Positions 62,734 through 64,000 of a DNA stretch of 64,000 nucleotides are shown here, piece by piece. Each line of letters begins with the position of its first letter. The first letter of the stretch is position 1. The position numbers and the translations under genes were made by a program. The stretch lies in contig NW_026889750.1 in NCBI RefSeq assembly GCF_033153115.1, positions 46,066,001 to 46,130,000 of the forward strand. Direction: 5' to 3'. The notes beneath the pieces are model-generated. The model searched no databases, was not told the origin of the DNA, and worked only from the letters and a program-made list of their open reading frames with translations. This DNA is from Saccostrea echinata. Taxonomy: Eukaryota.

Positions 62734-64000
62734 AGAGGAGTCATTGGTCTTTCTGGATTATTGTGTCATTTCTCGAAGGTTGCCTGTCCCTGTCCTGTCA
62801 AACTTTTCTTCTAGCATTCTGATAAGCATCTTAGAAAGCTTCTTTTCTTTTGGAATATTTTCTTTCATCAACTTCTGAATGAATTTCGGTGATTTGTATT
62901 GATAAAACAGCTTTACAATTCAGCACTACGTCCACAATTTATATCTGCTTCGAAAACTATTAAAATGATGACATCGGCGTTTATGTCACAATTAAATATT
63001 ATAATACTTAAATTTACTTGATTTTTTCACAAGGAATAAAAATGCGGGATTTCAAGTTTAAAATGATATCTGGTTTGAACAATATTAGATATATGATAGG
63101 TTAGAAAAATATTAAGATTTAAAAATGTAACACATTATGGCACACCCTGTACAACTTATTATTTTTAACCATTTTCCCAATAAAAATTACTTAGTATGCA
63201 AGAGATTGATACAACCTTTGCATACACTGAGAGCAACTGCGTTCATGGAGTCCTAAATGATTTGCTAGATACAAGGTTACAGAGGGAAATAATAGAGCAT
63301 ATGCAAATATATATAATGCTGTATGCCAGTTTTTAATTTCGATGAAGAATAATGCATTATGTACTGAAGGAAAATAATTCGTTAATTTAATAGAAAATCA
63401 AACTCCTTCATTCTGAGTCTTATTTCAAAACGACCCGGCTTACAAGCACGTAGTTTATATGGGGTGAGGGTACCTGCTCTCTCTTTTTAAGATCTACTGG
63501 TAAGAGAATGAAGAGCTTGTGCATTGGTAAGGTGTCCGTCCATGTTTGTATCTTTTTATTCAAAACGTTTCTCCTCCTACAGTTTTGGTCTAATTTAAAT
63601 AATACTTGGTATTAAAGTAGACGGTAATAAAATACATAATTATCAGATTTGATTTCGACAATGTTGTCTTGGTTACTAAAAATAGACTTTTTGGGGAAAT
63701 TCTTTCAAAACGCCGCTACTTTTGCTATAGTTTAGGTCAAATTTCAATAAAACTTGGTACATAAAGAGACTAAACTAAGATACGTAATTGTTTTTATCGG
63801 TTTATGATTTTGAAAAACGCAGTTTCCATGGTTAATAAATAAAGAAATTTCTTTGATATTCTTTCAAAACGCTATAAGGGTTTTCGAGCTGCCGTCACTG
63901 TCACCGTAGTACAAACTTAATGGCATCGGCAAAAAAATCACTTTAATAGAAAACCGAGTATTAAGTACAGGTCCACGTAAGAATCAGGCAATCGGTGATA

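Overview
AT-rich eukaryotic (metazoan) genomic DNA. The repeat repertoire suggests a bivalve mollusc, probably an oyster; this is inferred from the tRNA-derived SINEs with a Deu/Nin-like core, Helentron/HINE elements carrying ~160-bp satellites, Naiad-type Penelope-like elements, and Sola, ISL2EU and Kolobok-type elements. Two spliced host genes can be reconstructed, and they are convergent. (1) The last three coding exons of a claudin/PMP22-superfamily-like 4-TM protein on + (139-247, 504-650, 1570-1916). (2) A complete 114-aa Pro/Gly/Tyr/Gln-rich, PPxY-bearing, C-terminally membrane-anchored protein on - (14157-14149, 13480-13239, 11073-10998, 9973-9956), with a CRE/TATA-like/YY1 promoter. 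The ORF track essentially misses the second gene. The rest, including all of ~14.5-64 kb, is nested, decayed transposable elements: Naiad-like PLE fragments (at least 7 loci, one an inverted pair), L1/Tx1, RTE-X, Tc1, hAT, ISL2EU, Sola2, Sola3, many MITEs, HINEs and SINEs. The most interesting candidate is a conserved ~100-nt multi-stem, possibly pseudoknotted RNA in the 3' pseudo-LTR of the Naiad-like PLE, a clade reported to lack canonical hammerheads. All family assignments are by eye, without database searches.
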